Shown here one piece after another: positions 1 to 8,747 of a stretch of DNA of 32,664 nucleotides. The position numbers were made by a program, and so were the translations under genes. The notes beneath the pieces are model-generated. The model was not told the DNA's origin. It made no database searches and saw only the letters and a program-made list of their open reading frames with translations. The stretch is from Syntrophaceae bacterium (GTDB lineage Bacteria; Desulfobacterota; Syntrophia; Syntrophales; UBA2185): the NCBI GenBank assembly GCA_003508565.1, contig DNUI01000085.1, positions 1 through 32,664 on the forward strand. The letters are read 5' to 3'. Every line of letters starts with the position of its first letter. The first letter of the stretch is position 1.

Positions 1-805
1 AGAAGGGCGAGAGCTGCTCCCAGGAATGAACCTCGAAAATGGATTGTCCCTCCTTGTTGATTTCCCGCGAAAGCTGTCCCTCGAGGTGACGGACTGCGGT
101 GGAAAGACCACTGAAGTCCTTCAGCCGGACAGCCACTTCGCTGACCTCGATCTCGGGCATGCGGAGAACCTCGGCGGCATCCTCGATATGGAGGTACCCG
201 TCCCTGCCGCCGGGGCCCGTGGCGCTCTCCAGTATGCCGGACACGACAAACTGCTTGCCGTTTACCGATCCGTCCACGTTGGTCGCCACGACGACAACAG
301 CGTCGCCAACCTTTACCTTCAATCCTCTGGCCAGGAGGGCGGGGATCATGATCTTACCCCGGCTCAGGGTTTTCTTGCCTTCTGAGATGCGGGAGGTCAG
401 CAGGGGAACGGTTTGGAATTCCCTGTCGGGATAGACGCCGTTCAGGCGGATGTTCGTCGTTTCGGTAAAGTTGCTAAACATGCCGCCGAATTTGAGACGG
501 GGCGAGAAGGCCTCGATCTCCGGCGCCGCGCCGAGGATTTCCGTGATCTTCTGATACGCCTTCGGTTTGATATTGAGATTAAGCGGCAGATTATCAATGG
601 AAGCGACGTAACCCTTCCGGTGGACCTGGAGGTGTCCCAGCATGGAATCGGTGATCTGGCCGATCATCATGGCCTTGAATGACCCGGTGACGGAGGTAAA
701 AACCAGGACGAAGACGACGCCGATGGTGATCAGTGATGCGGTCAGCAGGGTCCGTCGTTTGTATCTGAGAAGATTACGTATAGCGATTTTAAAGAGATTA
801 CCCAT
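1..805 (-). CDS. ABC transporter permease, FtsX/MacB/LolC-like (5' part; 3' end lies beyond window start)
   Basis: Absent from the ORF track because its stop is outside the window. The minus-strand ATG at 805..803 overlaps the ATPase stop (798..800). My translation starts [36 protein letters not shown], the canonical first TM of FtsX-family permeases, followed by a long extracytoplasmic segment. The + strand ORFs listed here are antisense artefacts. Confidence 0.75.
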   Translation of the reverse strand, partial: MGNLFKIAIRNLLRYKRRTLLTASLITIGVVFVLVFTSVTGSFKAMMIGQITDSMLGHLQVHRKGYVASIDNLPLNLNIKPKAYQKITEILGAAPEIEAFSPRLKFGGMFSNFTETTNIRLNGVYPDREFQTVPLLTSRISEGKKTLSRGKIMIPALLARGLKVKVGDAVVVVATNVDGSVNGKQFVVSGILESATGPGGRDGYLHIEDAAEVLRMPEIEVSEVAVRLKDFSGLSTAVRHLEGQLSREINKEGQSIFEVHSWEQLSPF

Positions 806-1502
806 GGATCGCCCCTCCTTTCGTTTCTCTATTTGCCAAACGCCCGTCCTCCAGGTGGAAGATGACCTCCGCCTCTCCGACGATCTTCTGGTCGTGGGTG
901 GAGAAGATAAAAGTGGTCGAAAGCTGGTCCCGCATCCGCTTCATGAGGTTGATGACGGCGTAGGCCGTTTGGGAATCGAGATTTGCTGTCGGTTCGTCGG
1001 CCAGGACAAGCTCCGGGTTTGTCACCAGGGCCCTTGCAATAGCGACCCGCTGCTTCTGGCCGCCGGAGATCTGATCCGGGTATTTATCCTTCTGATCCGC
1101 CATGCCAACGGCCGATAGGAGCCGTTCGATACGCCCTTTTCGCTCTGCCAGGGGGATGTTCTGGACCATCAACAGGGGGTATTCGATGTTCTCATAGACT
1201 GTCAGCACGGGAAGCAGGTTGAAATCCTGAAAAATGAAGCCGAGATGACGTCCCCGAAAGGCGGCGCTCTCCTTTCTGTCCATCCCTACCACATCCGTAT
1301 CGGCCACCCTCAACGTTCCCGATGATGGTTTGTCGAGGCAGCCGACGAGGTTCAGGAGGGTCGTCTTGCCGCTTCCCGATGGCCCCACGAAAGACACGAA
1401 GGAAGCCGGTTCGATTTCAAAACTGAGTCCATTCAACGCGGAAATGGTGATCTCACCAATCCGGTAATCCTTGTTGATGTTGTCCGCCACAATTAATGCC
1501 AT
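798..1502 (-). CDS. ABC transporter ATP-binding protein (LolD/MacB type)
   Basis: Walker [13 protein letters not shown] signature [15 protein letters not shown], Walker B LVLADEP and H-loop STHD. ATG start with AAAGGA upstream. Overlaps the downstream permease start. Confidence 0.95.
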   Translation of the reverse strand: MALIVADNINKDYRIGEITISALNGLSFEIEPASFVSFVGPSGSGKTTLLNLVGCLDKPSSGTLRVADTDVVGMDRKESAAFRGRHLGFIFQDFNLLPVLTVYENIEYPLLMVQNIPLAERKGRIERLLSAVGMADQKDKYPDQISGGQKQRVAIARALVTNPELVLADEPTANLDSQTAYAVINLMKRMRDQLSTTFIFSTHDQKIVGEAEVIFHLEDGRLANRETKGGAIHG

Positions 1503-1527
1503 TGCTTATTTATCCTTTCTTTTCAAT

Positions 1528-2628
1528 TCACGGCAGTTTATTTCTGGTAGTGCATGACGTGATATTTTTTTCTTTGTCGCTTTCATAGCGCGCCAGAAGT
1601 TCCTGAGATTCACCCCTTGCCTCGTGGAATGCCGAGCCGCCTCCCGTGAGGAGACGCTTGCCAAAATCCACGGGGATGCCGTAATTGCCGCCCTGGAATT
1701 CTTCCAGGTAGGCGGCGTTTACTCCGATAACCTTGCCGCTCCAATCCAGGACCGGCCCGCCGCTCCCGCCGCCCATGGTTCGGGCGTCATACACCAGGAC
1801 ATGGGGCAGGACGTCCCAGAGGAAGCCGCTGGTAATCGTAGCGCGCAGTTGCTTCTGTGCAGATAGTCGTTCCGCTGTTGCATAGCTGCATTCCCCTGTC
1901 TGCTCTTCTAATTCCGCCCGTTCTGTTTCTTCCAGCTTGGCCATGACCGCTTCGAGCCCCGTCGGGTAGCCGATGAGGAGAATAGGCTGTCCTTCCTCTG
2001 CCTTACCGGGGTTGGGGTGCAGGGCGAGGGGCTGTGCGGCAGGCGCCCAGCCCACAGTCCTGACCAGGGCGATGTCGTATTTCTCATCGACGCGCAAAAT
2101 CTCAATAGGGACGCCCCTTGAACGTTCCTGGAAAAAAGCGCGCAATCTTATAAAAACGGGTTTCATGCCCGCTGCCAACAGCGGCTCGCTCTCATCGTCT
2201 TCCCACCAGGGTTCGGCAATATGCCGATTCGTTAACATCTCTCCTTTGTGACCGACCAAGAAAGCCGTCCCGCAATAGTTTGAAACGGCAATTGGCCCGG
2301 TTCCCTTCACATCCACGAGAGGAACTCCCTGTGGATCGGCCACCGGTTCATTCAGATCATTGACGACATGCCGAAGAGGGCGTCCCTCTTTATCCACAAA
2401 AGTGTAGGTTCCCCATACATAGGCTACCGCCCCCCTTGTCCTGGCCAGGATGTCCACCATGTTTCGCTGACGGGCCTCTACGGCTTCCATGCGTCTTTCG
2501 AGATTCCCGATCTGTTGCGGGAGGTCTGCCAAGGAATCTTTCGGGGGGCCGAAGCTTGTTGCACATCCCATCATGACGACGATCATCGCCGCCACGAGAA
2601 GCAACCTGCCATAGACGTTTCGGTTCAT
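1528..2628 (-). CDS. trypsin-like (S1 family) serine protease, probable lipoprotein
   Basis: Signal peptide ends in the lipobox-like VMMGC. Catalytic contexts are NRHIAEP (His), YDIALVR (Asp) and GGGSGGPVLD (Ser). ATGA start/stop overlap with the upstream gene at 2625..2628. Confidence 0.8.
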   Translation of the reverse strand: MNRNVYGRLLLVAAMIVVMMGCATSFGPPKDSLADLPQQIGNLERRMEAVEARQRNMVDILARTRGAVAYVWGTYTFVDKEGRPLRHVVNDLNEPVADPQGVPLVDVKGTGPIAVSNYCGTAFLVGHKGEMLTNRHIAEPWWEDDESEPLLAAGMKPVFIRLRAFFQERSRGVPIEILRVDEKYDIALVRTVGWAPAAQPLALHPNPGKAEEGQPILLIGYPTGLEAVMAKLEETERAELEEQTGECSYATAERLSAQKQLRATITSGFLWDVLPHVLVYDARTMGGGSGGPVLDWSGKVIGVNAAYLEEFQGGNYGIPVDFGKRLLTGGGSAFHEARGESQELLARYESDKEKNITSCTTRNKLP

Positions 2629-3149
2629 GGCTTCCCCTCCCGGCTTCCTTCTTTATCGAAGCGTCGTGTGGACTTCCAGAGGGGAAGACCGTTTTCATCC
2701 CTAAGTTCCAGAAGATGGCCTGTCCGCAAATTCTTTATTTTCGCCGCGGTGAGATAAAGTTTCCCTTCCTGGGTTTTCATTTTTGAGCCTTTGACAGCGA
2801 GCTTGTCCCCGATCTTATAGTCAGCGCCCTGCCGGCGGAGATACCAGCCCGGACCGAGGGTCACAGTATATATCTCACCGCCCGATTCGACGCGCAAGGT
2901 CGAACCGCCGCCCCGCTGGGAGATGTCGACATGTAAAACAGTCCCGCTGACCTCTACCACGGAGGCGCGGTCGAAGCCGGGTGCAACGGGAGAACCCCAA
3001 TACCATCCCTGCGCCACAGCCATTACCGGAAAAGTTAATACCCATAATGCCAGGGCAACAAAAAGCCCCCATCCTTTGTTATTCATCTTCGAATCATAAC
3101 TGTCGAACAGGGATTGCCGCACAGTGCTTTTTTGTATCCATGTCTTCAT
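2625..3149 (-). CDS. exported protein of unknown function, OB-fold-like; paralogue of 7259..7723
   Basis: The track ORF starts at TTG 3164. ATG 3149 has GGAG about 11 nt upstream; alternative ATG 3086 gives the signal MNNKGWGLFVALALWVLTFPVMAVA. It shares TVTLGPGWYL / TVHLGPSWYL, a GDK-x-V/A-x-KG segment and LRDENGLPLW / LRDASGVPVW with the paralogue. Confidence 0.6.
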   Translation of the reverse strand: MKTWIQKSTVRQSLFDSYDSKMNNKGWGLFVALALWVLTFPVMAVAQGWYWGSPVAPGFDRASVVEVSGTVLHVDISQRGGGSTLRVESGGEIYTVTLGPGWYLRRQGADYKIGDKLAVKGSKMKTQEGKLYLTAAKIKNLRTGHLLELRDENGLPLWKSTRRFDKEGSREGKP

Positions 3150-3226
3150 TTTAAAAATCTCCAAAAGATGTTTTATCCATCATAAACGGCGTATCAAAAA
3201 AATCAATCCTTTTGTAAGGCAATAAC

Positions 3227-4678
3227 TTAGAAACCGTCACTCTTGATGTCTTTTTCGTAAAGCTCGCCATATTTTCTTACCTGATCGCGGAGTGTCGCGG
3301 CTTTCCCAATCAGGACAAATTGCAGATTATCTTTGGGGAAATGCTTCGCAATTATGTTCCGGGCCTCCTCAACGGTGACTTTCTCGACAATTTTCTGAAA
3401 ATCATTGACGTAGGATTCGTCAAAGCCATAGATGAACATGGCAGACAGCAGTCTTGCCAGGCTGCCCGGAGTCTCGTAAAGGGGAGGAAACTGGCCGATG
3501 AGGTAATTCCTGGCGGAGGTCAGCGTCTCCTGATCCACGCCTTCGTTGTGGAGACGGTCCAAAACGTCGAAGGCAAGATCAATGGCTTTGACGGTAGTAT
3601 CCGTGCGGGTGAAACTGCTGATTACAAAGGTTCCAGAATCTTTGTACGTTTTGAAGGAGCTGCCTGCGCCGTACGTAAGGCCGGCATTGATCCGCAGCGC
3701 GTCATTCAACCAGGAGGTAAAGCGGCCCCCCAGAATGGTATTGACCACCTGCACCGCCATATAATCGGGATGATTCCGCGGTATGCCAAGGGCGCCGAAT
3801 GCAAATTGGGTTTCCTTTGCGTCGCTTTTATTGACCAGGAGGACTCTGCTCTTATCGAATGCAGTGAGCGGTATCCGTTCCATCGGCGGTGGATTTTTCT
3901 TCGATCGCCATGCCTCAAAGAGTTCTTGTACCGTTTTTTTCATCCGGGCGGTCTGAAAATCTCCCACGATCACCAGGGCGGATTCTTCAGGTCGATAGTG
4001 GGCGTTATAGAAGGTCTGGGCATCAATGCTCCTGATTTTTTTGACGGAGGCACGGGTGCCGTAAACAGGGTTTCCATAACCATGACTCCCGAAAACGAAT
4101 TTGTTGAAATAGGCGCCGATCACCATGGAGGGCTGCTCTTTTTCCTGAGCCAGTTCCAGGAGCAGGCGTTTTTTCCTCTTTTCAAATTCGTCAGGATCGA
4201 AGACAGCATCCTGGATCACTTCCTTCACTATGGGGAACACCTTGTCCTGATCGGTATTGATAAAGGACATGGAAATTCCCGCCGATTCGAGATTTGCGTA
4301 GGCATAATAATTGGCCCCCAGAAATTCCAGGTTCTCTTCGATTTGTTTTTTGCGGTAATTTTTTGTTCCGGAAAAAAGAGTCTCAGCGGTGAGATAGGCC
4401 AGGCCGGCTTTGCCGGCGTCTTTTACGGCCCCGGCAGGGAATACGGCGGATACGTAAATCAAGGGCACACCGTGGTGTTCCATCAGGTAAACGGTCAGTC
4501 CGTTTTTCAGCGTGATTTTCTCGTACGTGGGTAACTTAAAGGACGGACTTTCCCGCTGTGCGGCATTGACAATCCCCGGCGACACAACAAGGCAGACAAC
4601 CGCCATCCAGGTCCCCAAAACGGCCATGATGAATATCCTTAACCAGAAGCTTTTGTTGTGTTTCTTTTTCAATGTCAT
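3227..4678 (-). CDS. M16 (pitrilysin) family peptidase, non-catalytic partner subunit
   Basis: 483 aa with a signal peptide and M16 two-domain architecture. The HxxEH position reads AYLTAE, so there is no zinc motif. ATGA overlap with the upstream M16 gene at 4675..4678. Confidence 0.85.
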   Translation of the reverse strand: MTLKKKHNKSFWLRIFIMAVLGTWMAVVCLVVSPGIVNAAQRESPSFKLPTYEKITLKNGLTVYLMEHHGVPLIYVSAVFPAGAVKDAGKAGLAYLTAETLFSGTKNYRKKQIEENLEFLGANYYAYANLESAGISMSFINTDQDKVFPIVKEVIQDAVFDPDEFEKRKKRLLLELAQEKEQPSMVIGAYFNKFVFGSHGYGNPVYGTRASVKKIRSIDAQTFYNAHYRPEESALVIVGDFQTARMKKTVQELFEAWRSKKNPPPMERIPLTAFDKSRVLLVNKSDAKETQFAFGALGIPRNHPDYMAVQVVNTILGGRFTSWLNDALRINAGLTYGAGSSFKTYKDSGTFVISSFTRTDTTVKAIDLAFDVLDRLHNEGVDQETLTSARNYLIGQFPPLYETPGSLARLLSAMFIYGFDESYVNDFQKIVEKVTVEEARNIIAKHFPKDNLQFVLIGKAATLRDQVRKYGELYEKDIKSDGF

Positions 4679-6000
4679 TCTCCCTTGTTTTTTTCCAGAA
4701 TGCCTACGGTGCGGTTGGTTATTTTGAAGTATCTTGCCGCTATGGTCTTGATATCCGTTGCGTTTACCTTTCTGTACGCTTCCGGGGCCGCGAAGAGCTT
4801 TTGATAACCGCCGAAAAAGATCTCATAGGTCCCAATCAGATCGGCTTTGTCGCTCATCGTCTCCAGGGAACGGTAGAAGGAAGAGACCACGTTGTTTTGG
4901 GCTTTCCGGAGCTCTTTTTCCGTCACGCCTTGTGCGACGACGTTATCGATTTCCCGGAGAATCGCCGTTTCCAGAGTATTCACGTTCACGCCGTCTGTGC
5001 AGATGGCGTAAATATAGAATAATGTCGCATCCAGTGCATTGGGCATGTAGGTTGATACTTCCGTCGCCAGCGGTTTATCGCTGATAAGTGCGCGGTAAAG
5101 ACGTGAAGATTTACCTTGGGAGAGAATGGCACTCAAGAGATCGAGGGCGTAATAATCGGTGGTTCCGGTCTCCGGCACATGGTAGGCAATCAGGATATGG
5201 GGAGAAGAGACGTCTTTATGGACAATGAGACGCTTTTCACCCCGTTGTTCCGGTTCCCGGGTGTACACGGGGCGGGAGGGCGCCCGGGCGGGAATGGGTT
5301 CCAGGTATTTTTCGGCCAGGGTTTTTACCTGCGCAAGCGTCACGTCACCCACCACGATGGTAATCGCGTTATTCGGTGCGTAGTACCGATCAAAATATTC
5401 CTTGATATCGCTCCGCCGCCAATTACGGATGTCCGATTCATAGCCGATGATCGGCCAGCGATAGGGGTGCGCCTGATAGGCAACGGATCTGAGCTGATCC
5501 TCTAAAAGCTCGTAATCGCTGTTTTCATAACCAGTGGTATATTCCGACAAGACAACGCCTCTTTCGCTTTCTACTATTTTCTCATCGAGGGCGAGGCTTC
5601 CCATCCTGTCTGCTTCCATTTCGAAGATCAAGTCCAGGGCGGATTTTGGGACCCAATCCTTGTAGGCAGTGATATCCTCCGTTGTGTAGGCGTTGCTGGA
5701 ACCCCCGGCGTTTTCCAGTACCCGGTCGAACATCTTCGGACCGTACGTCTTTGCGCCGTTGAACATCATGTGTTCGAGAAAGTGGGATAACCCGGTAATC
5801 CCCGGATATTCATTCCGGGAGCCGACCTTGAAGAAGATTTGCAGCGTCACATTGGGAATCCCGTGATCCTCCAGCACCAGAACTTTCATCCCGTTTTTCA
5901 GGGTGAACGTATGCACGTCTTCAACCGCAGGCATGGCGCAAAGAGGGGAAACCCCCGCCAGTAACAACATGGCCAATAATATTAAAATGATACGATTCAT
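4675..6000 (-). CDS. M16 family zinc peptidase (catalytic subunit)
   Basis: Inverted zinc motif HFLEH within GLSHFLEHMMFNG, with a downstream Glu in NAYTTEDITAY. Signal peptide present. The track start 6003 is TTG; ATG 6000 has GGGAGAG upstream. Confidence 0.9.
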   Translation of the reverse strand: MNRIILILLAMLLLAGVSPLCAMPAVEDVHTFTLKNGMKVLVLEDHGIPNVTLQIFFKVGSRNEYPGITGLSHFLEHMMFNGAKTYGPKMFDRVLENAGGSSNAYTTEDITAYKDWVPKSALDLIFEMEADRMGSLALDEKIVESERGVVLSEYTTGYENSDYELLEDQLRSVAYQAHPYRWPIIGYESDIRNWRRSDIKEYFDRYYAPNNAITIVVGDVTLAQVKTLAEKYLEPIPARAPSRPVYTREPEQRGEKRLIVHKDVSSPHILIAYHVPETGTTDYYALDLLSAILSQGKSSRLYRALISDKPLATEVSTYMPNALDATLFYIYAICTDGVNVNTLETAILREIDNVVAQGVTEKELRKAQNNVVSSFYRSLETMSDKADLIGTYEIFFGGYQKLFAAPEAYRKVNATDIKTIAARYFKITNRTVGILEKNKGE

Positions 6001-6150
6001 CAAACTTCTCTCCCTACCTATCCGATCCCCACCGGCAGGTGATTTTGATGGACGGTTTTAACGTTCAATCAAAACAGTTTTTTCATAACCGGAACAAGGG
6101 ATGCATAACGGTTTGCCTTCTTTCATACGCACATGTCGTATAGCCTTCCC

Positions 6151-7080
6151 TCAATTGCAGTGTTTGCAGTGCTCCATTTCCCCGGCTGCTCCGGGCAGAA
6201 TCTGGAGGGTGGTGTGGTTTATCCCGTACTTGTGAATCAGCATTTCCTGGGCCGAACGGATGACCGCTTCGCTGTCGAAGGATTCCTCCACCATCCGAAG
6301 ATGGGCGGACAAAAGCTTCTGATCGGCGCCGGTCTGCCAGATGTGGAGATCGTTGACCTCCAGCACGTTATCAATTGCCAACAGGTCGTTTCTGACCTGG
6401 ATGAAATCAATGCCCGGTGGAACGGCGTCCAGCAGTGAATTGACGGTCTGCCGGACGATCTTGTAGATTTCCCGGGCGATGAACAGGCTGATGGCGATCG
6501 AAATGAGCGGATCGATGACGTGCCAGCCGAAAAACATGATCAAGAGGGCGCCAACGATGACCCCAAGGGAAAACAGGGCGTCCTGGAGCGAGTGAAGCCA
6601 GGCGCTTCTCATGTTGAAGTTCCGCGCCGAGATTTTCTGCAGCAAAAGGGTGGCGGCCCCGTTTCCAACGAAGGCGATCACGGCCACCCAGAGCATCTCA
6701 TTCCCGGGGATTGCCGGCGGCGCCGTCAGTCTGCCGACTGCCTCCCAGAGGATAAACGCGATCGCAACGGATAGGACGATGCTGTTGACAAAGGCGGCGA
6801 TAAACTCGATTTTGTGGTAACCGTATGTCTTGCTTGCATTGGCGGGCCGGTGGGACACCTTCTCCGCCCAATAGCTGAAGCCCATGGCGGCAATGTCGCT
6901 CAGATTGTGGACGGCGTCCGAGATCAACGCCATACTCTGAATGAGCAGTCCGAAAACCATCTCGAAGGCCACGATCCCGCCGTTGATGACCATGGCGAAA
7001 ACCAGGTTTTTCATCGATGCAGGCGATTTATGAGTATGATTGTGGTTGTGTCCCAAGGTTATGTACCTTTCTGTGCACAT
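6151..7080 (-). CDS. cation diffusion facilitator (CDF) transporter, Zn/Co/Cd type
   Basis: Six predicted TMs. HxxxD pairs sit in TM2 (AVHNLSD) and TM5 (LHSLQD). His-rich N-terminus HNHNHTH and C-terminal HCKHC. Confidence 0.9.
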   Translation of the reverse strand: MCTERYITLGHNHNHTHKSPASMKNLVFAMVINGGIVAFEMVFGLLIQSMALISDAVHNLSDIAAMGFSYWAEKVSHRPANASKTYGYHKIEFIAAFVNSIVLSVAIAFILWEAVGRLTAPPAIPGNEMLWVAVIAFVGNGAATLLLQKISARNFNMRSAWLHSLQDALFSLGVIVGALLIMFFGWHVIDPLISIAISLFIAREIYKIVRQTVNSLLDAVPPGIDFIQVRNDLLAIDNVLEVNDLHIWQTGADQKLLSAHLRMVEESFDSEAVIRSAQEMLIHKYGINHTTLQILPGAAGEMEHCKHCN

Positions 7081-7212
7081 TCTACCGCAAGCCCTTTTGC
7101 AAATTGATGCTTTTATCTATTGTTACTCCTCTGCACAGCAAATATCTCATATACTGACTCGAATCATGGGTTTATATTTCCTTTTATATGCACGCTTAAT
7201 GAGACCGGATCA

Positions 7213-7248
7213 GCGAAAGGGCGATGCCCGAAAGCAGAACCCTTTCGC
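7213..7248 (-). terminator. hairpin downstream of the OB-like gene (weak terminator or alternative-structure element)
   Basis: GCGAAAGGG (7213..7221) pairs with CCCTTTCGC (7240..7248) as a 9-bp stem. An internal CTTTCG can pair alternatively with CGAAAG. There is no clear U-tract, so confidence is low. Confidence 0.3.
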
Positions 7249-7258
7249 CGGAATACGA

Positions 7259-7723
7259 TTATCTTCTCCAGCCCCAGCCGGCCCAGACGGGAACGCCGGA
7301 GGCGTCTCTGAGGACAAGAACATTATCGCCCTTTTTCACCTCAGCAGCAAGCACGACTGGTTTGCCCGCAATGGTCGTGCGAGCTCCCTTGATTTCAACT
7401 TTGTCGCCCTTGCCAATTTTCGTATCGAGACGTTCCAGGTACCAGCTCGGTCCGAGGTGGACGGTGACCGTTTCCTTCTCCGTTTTGACCACGAGGGCAA
7501 TCCCCTGATTCATCCGCTTCATGGGAACGGTCTGTTCCAGTCCGATCACTTCACCTGAAAAAGTTTCGAGATTGGCAGGGTTATACATCCCCTGGTAAGG
7601 GGTACCCATGCCCCAGCCGCCGCTTCCTCGCCCTCCCCACTTTCCGGGCCCTGCAAGAGCCAAAGAAGCGGTTAAAAGAAACATCATAACGATCATTAAA
7701 CCAGCAATCCTTTTTGTTTTCAT
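7259..7723 (-). CDS. exported Gly/Trp/Met-rich OB-fold-like protein; paralogue of 2625..3149
   Basis: Signal peptide MKTKRIAGLMIVMMFLLTASLALA, followed by GGRGSGGWGMGTPYQGMY. The core is shared with 2625..3149. C-terminus is WAGWGWRR. Good RBS GAGGAAAGGA. Confidence 0.7.
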   Translation of the reverse strand: MKTKRIAGLMIVMMFLLTASLALAGPGKWGGRGSGGWGMGTPYQGMYNPANLETFSGEVIGLEQTVPMKRMNQGIALVVKTEKETVTVHLGPSWYLERLDTKIGKGDKVEIKGARTTIAGKPVVLAAEVKKGDNVLVLRDASGVPVWAGWGWRR

Positions 7724-7776
7724 AGATCTTTTCCTTTCCTCTTTTTGTTGAAGATTATGTTGTCCTTAATTGTTGA

Positions 7777-8259
7777 TTAATAACCTCTCATGCCCATGCC
7801 GCCATGGCCTCTCATCTCCTTGCCGTAACCATAGCTCCGGCCCGGTCTGTATGCATTTATTTGCGCCTGTGCCTGCTGCTCCGGGGTCAGAACCTTCGTG
7901 GATTCCAGACGAAAAGTCGTTCCCTTTTCATACAGTTTGTCCCTTAAGGTCTGCAGCTCCTTCTGCACCGCCAGGATCTTCTTTTGATCAGGTGTCCGCT
8001 CCAGCCACAGGAGCCTCATTTCGCCCCTCTTGCTGTACATCTGATCTTGGAGGGGTTTAATGTCGCGCAGATGAGCCTCCCGCAACGTGTTCAGTTTCGT
8101 GACCTGTTCCGCATTCAAATTCAAACCGGGTGCGGTTGTAAGGTCATAATACCCCCCACCGGAATGTCCGCCCCCCCAGCCTCTACGGGCTTCTGCGGGG
8201 GACATTGCCAAGCTTGCCGCCAGGGCAATCACCGCCATTACTGTAATCATTTTTTTCAT
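7777..8259 (-). CDS. CpxP/Spy/ZraP-family periplasmic chaperone / metal-stress protein
   Basis: Signal peptide present. Two LTxxQ-type motifs (LNAEQVTKL, LTPEQQAQAQ) lie in a helical core. Gly/His/Met-rich ends are GWGGGHSGGGYY and GHGGMGMRGY. Confidence 0.8.
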   Translation of the reverse strand: MKKMITVMAVIALAASLAMSPAEARRGWGGGHSGGGYYDLTTAPGLNLNAEQVTKLNTLREAHLRDIKPLQDQMYSKRGEMRLLWLERTPDQKKILAVQKELQTLRDKLYEKGTTFRLESTKVLTPEQQAQAQINAYRPGRSYGYGKEMRGHGGMGMRGY

Positions 8260-8300
8260 TGTTCATGTCCCCTTTCACATAAATTGTTTATTAGCTATAC

Positions 8301-8316
8301 AGCAAGAGACATACCA
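8301..8316 (-). promoter_or_regulatory. sigma-54 (-24/-12) promoter for the ZraP-like gene
   Basis: The minus strand reads TTGGTATGTCTCTTGCTGT. GG and GC are spaced exactly as in the TGGCACG-N4-TTGCW consensus. It lies about 42 nt upstream of ATG 8259. Confidence 0.7.
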
Positions 8317-8400
8317 ATGATGATTAATTTCTATAAGCCATTTATATTATTAAGATATATGAATGTTGATGATAACTATTAAATTTGAATTGAATTACTA

Positions 8401-8453
8401 TGTGGATATATAGTATCCAATTGAAGGTATCCACATGGCTTAAAAGTATCCAC
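8401..8453. promoter_or_regulatory. cluster of GTATCCA(C) repeats, probable enhancer (UAS) for the 8301 sigma-54 promoter
   Basis: TGTGGATA (8401) and TATCCACA (8428) form an inverted repeat. Direct copies GTATCCA occur at 8413 and 8446. The cluster is 85-150 bp upstream of the -24/-12 element in an AT-rich spacer. Confidence 0.5.
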
Positions 8454-8573
8454 CCCATCATCATAATTGTTGGTGGTGGCAAAACGCTATGAATAAATAT
8501 GGAAAATATTTTTTGTGTTGTGAAGTCAGTTTTTAGAGATGAGATTGAACGTTTCCATGCCTTTTTCGTGGGT

Positions 8574-8715
8574 TCATGTCGTTGATGAAGTCTTTTGCCC
8601 TGTCCCCTCTCAGATACTCAGCCAGCCTGGAAAGTTCCTCTACAAGGTATTTTGACCGCTATTCGACTCATGTGAGAAATGTTCCGTCAATCCGACTCCG
8701 GTCATAATGCGGAGT
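8574..8715 (-). pseudogene. decayed 3' fragment of a rhodanese gene (copy of 10812..10950)
   Basis: About 140 nt align by eye at roughly 75% identity to the 3' end of the rhodanese gene. In that frame it reads HYDRSRIDGTFLT*VE*RSKYLVEELSRLAEYLRGDRAKDFINDM, with two in-frame stops and no 5' part. Confidence 0.7.
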
Positions 8716-8747
8716 TTAATCATGATAGGCCCAGCGTGATTGGATTA

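Noticed and set aside
26-1118. Four overlapping + strand ORFs at the window start (26..385, 99..434, 413..682, 642..1118).
   Set aside because: They are antisense to the FtsX-type permease (1..805) and the ABC ATPase, whose minus-strand translations show canonical motifs.
3127-3141. Sigma-54-like element TGGATACAAAAAAGC (minus strand) with correct GG/GC spacing.
   Set aside because: The -12 region reads AAGC rather than TTGC. It also lies inside the most likely coding start region of 2625..3149, between ATG 3149 and ATG 3086.
3320-4534. A 404-aa ORF on the + strand, the longest plus-strand ORF in the left half.
   Set aside because: It lies entirely antisense to the M16 peptidase gene 3227..4678, which has clear family architecture. 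Its sequence has no recognisable motifs. Long antisense ORFs are expected opposite GC-biased coding DNA.
6103-6117. GGCAAACCGTTATGC (minus strand) upstream of the M16 operon as a sigma-54 promoter.
   Set aside because: The GG-to-GC spacing is one nucleotide too long, and sigma-54 promoters do not tolerate spacing changes.
8401-8453. Possible DnaA-box cluster or oriC: GTATCCACA, TGTGGATAT and two weaker copies in an AT-rich tract.
   Set aside because: The boxes match TTATCCACA at only 7-8 of 9 positions. There is no dnaA, dnaN or other origin-linked gene nearby. The cluster sits at the distance expected for a bEBP enhancer upstream of a well-formed sigma-54 promoter. The origin idea remains testable with a GC-skew plot.
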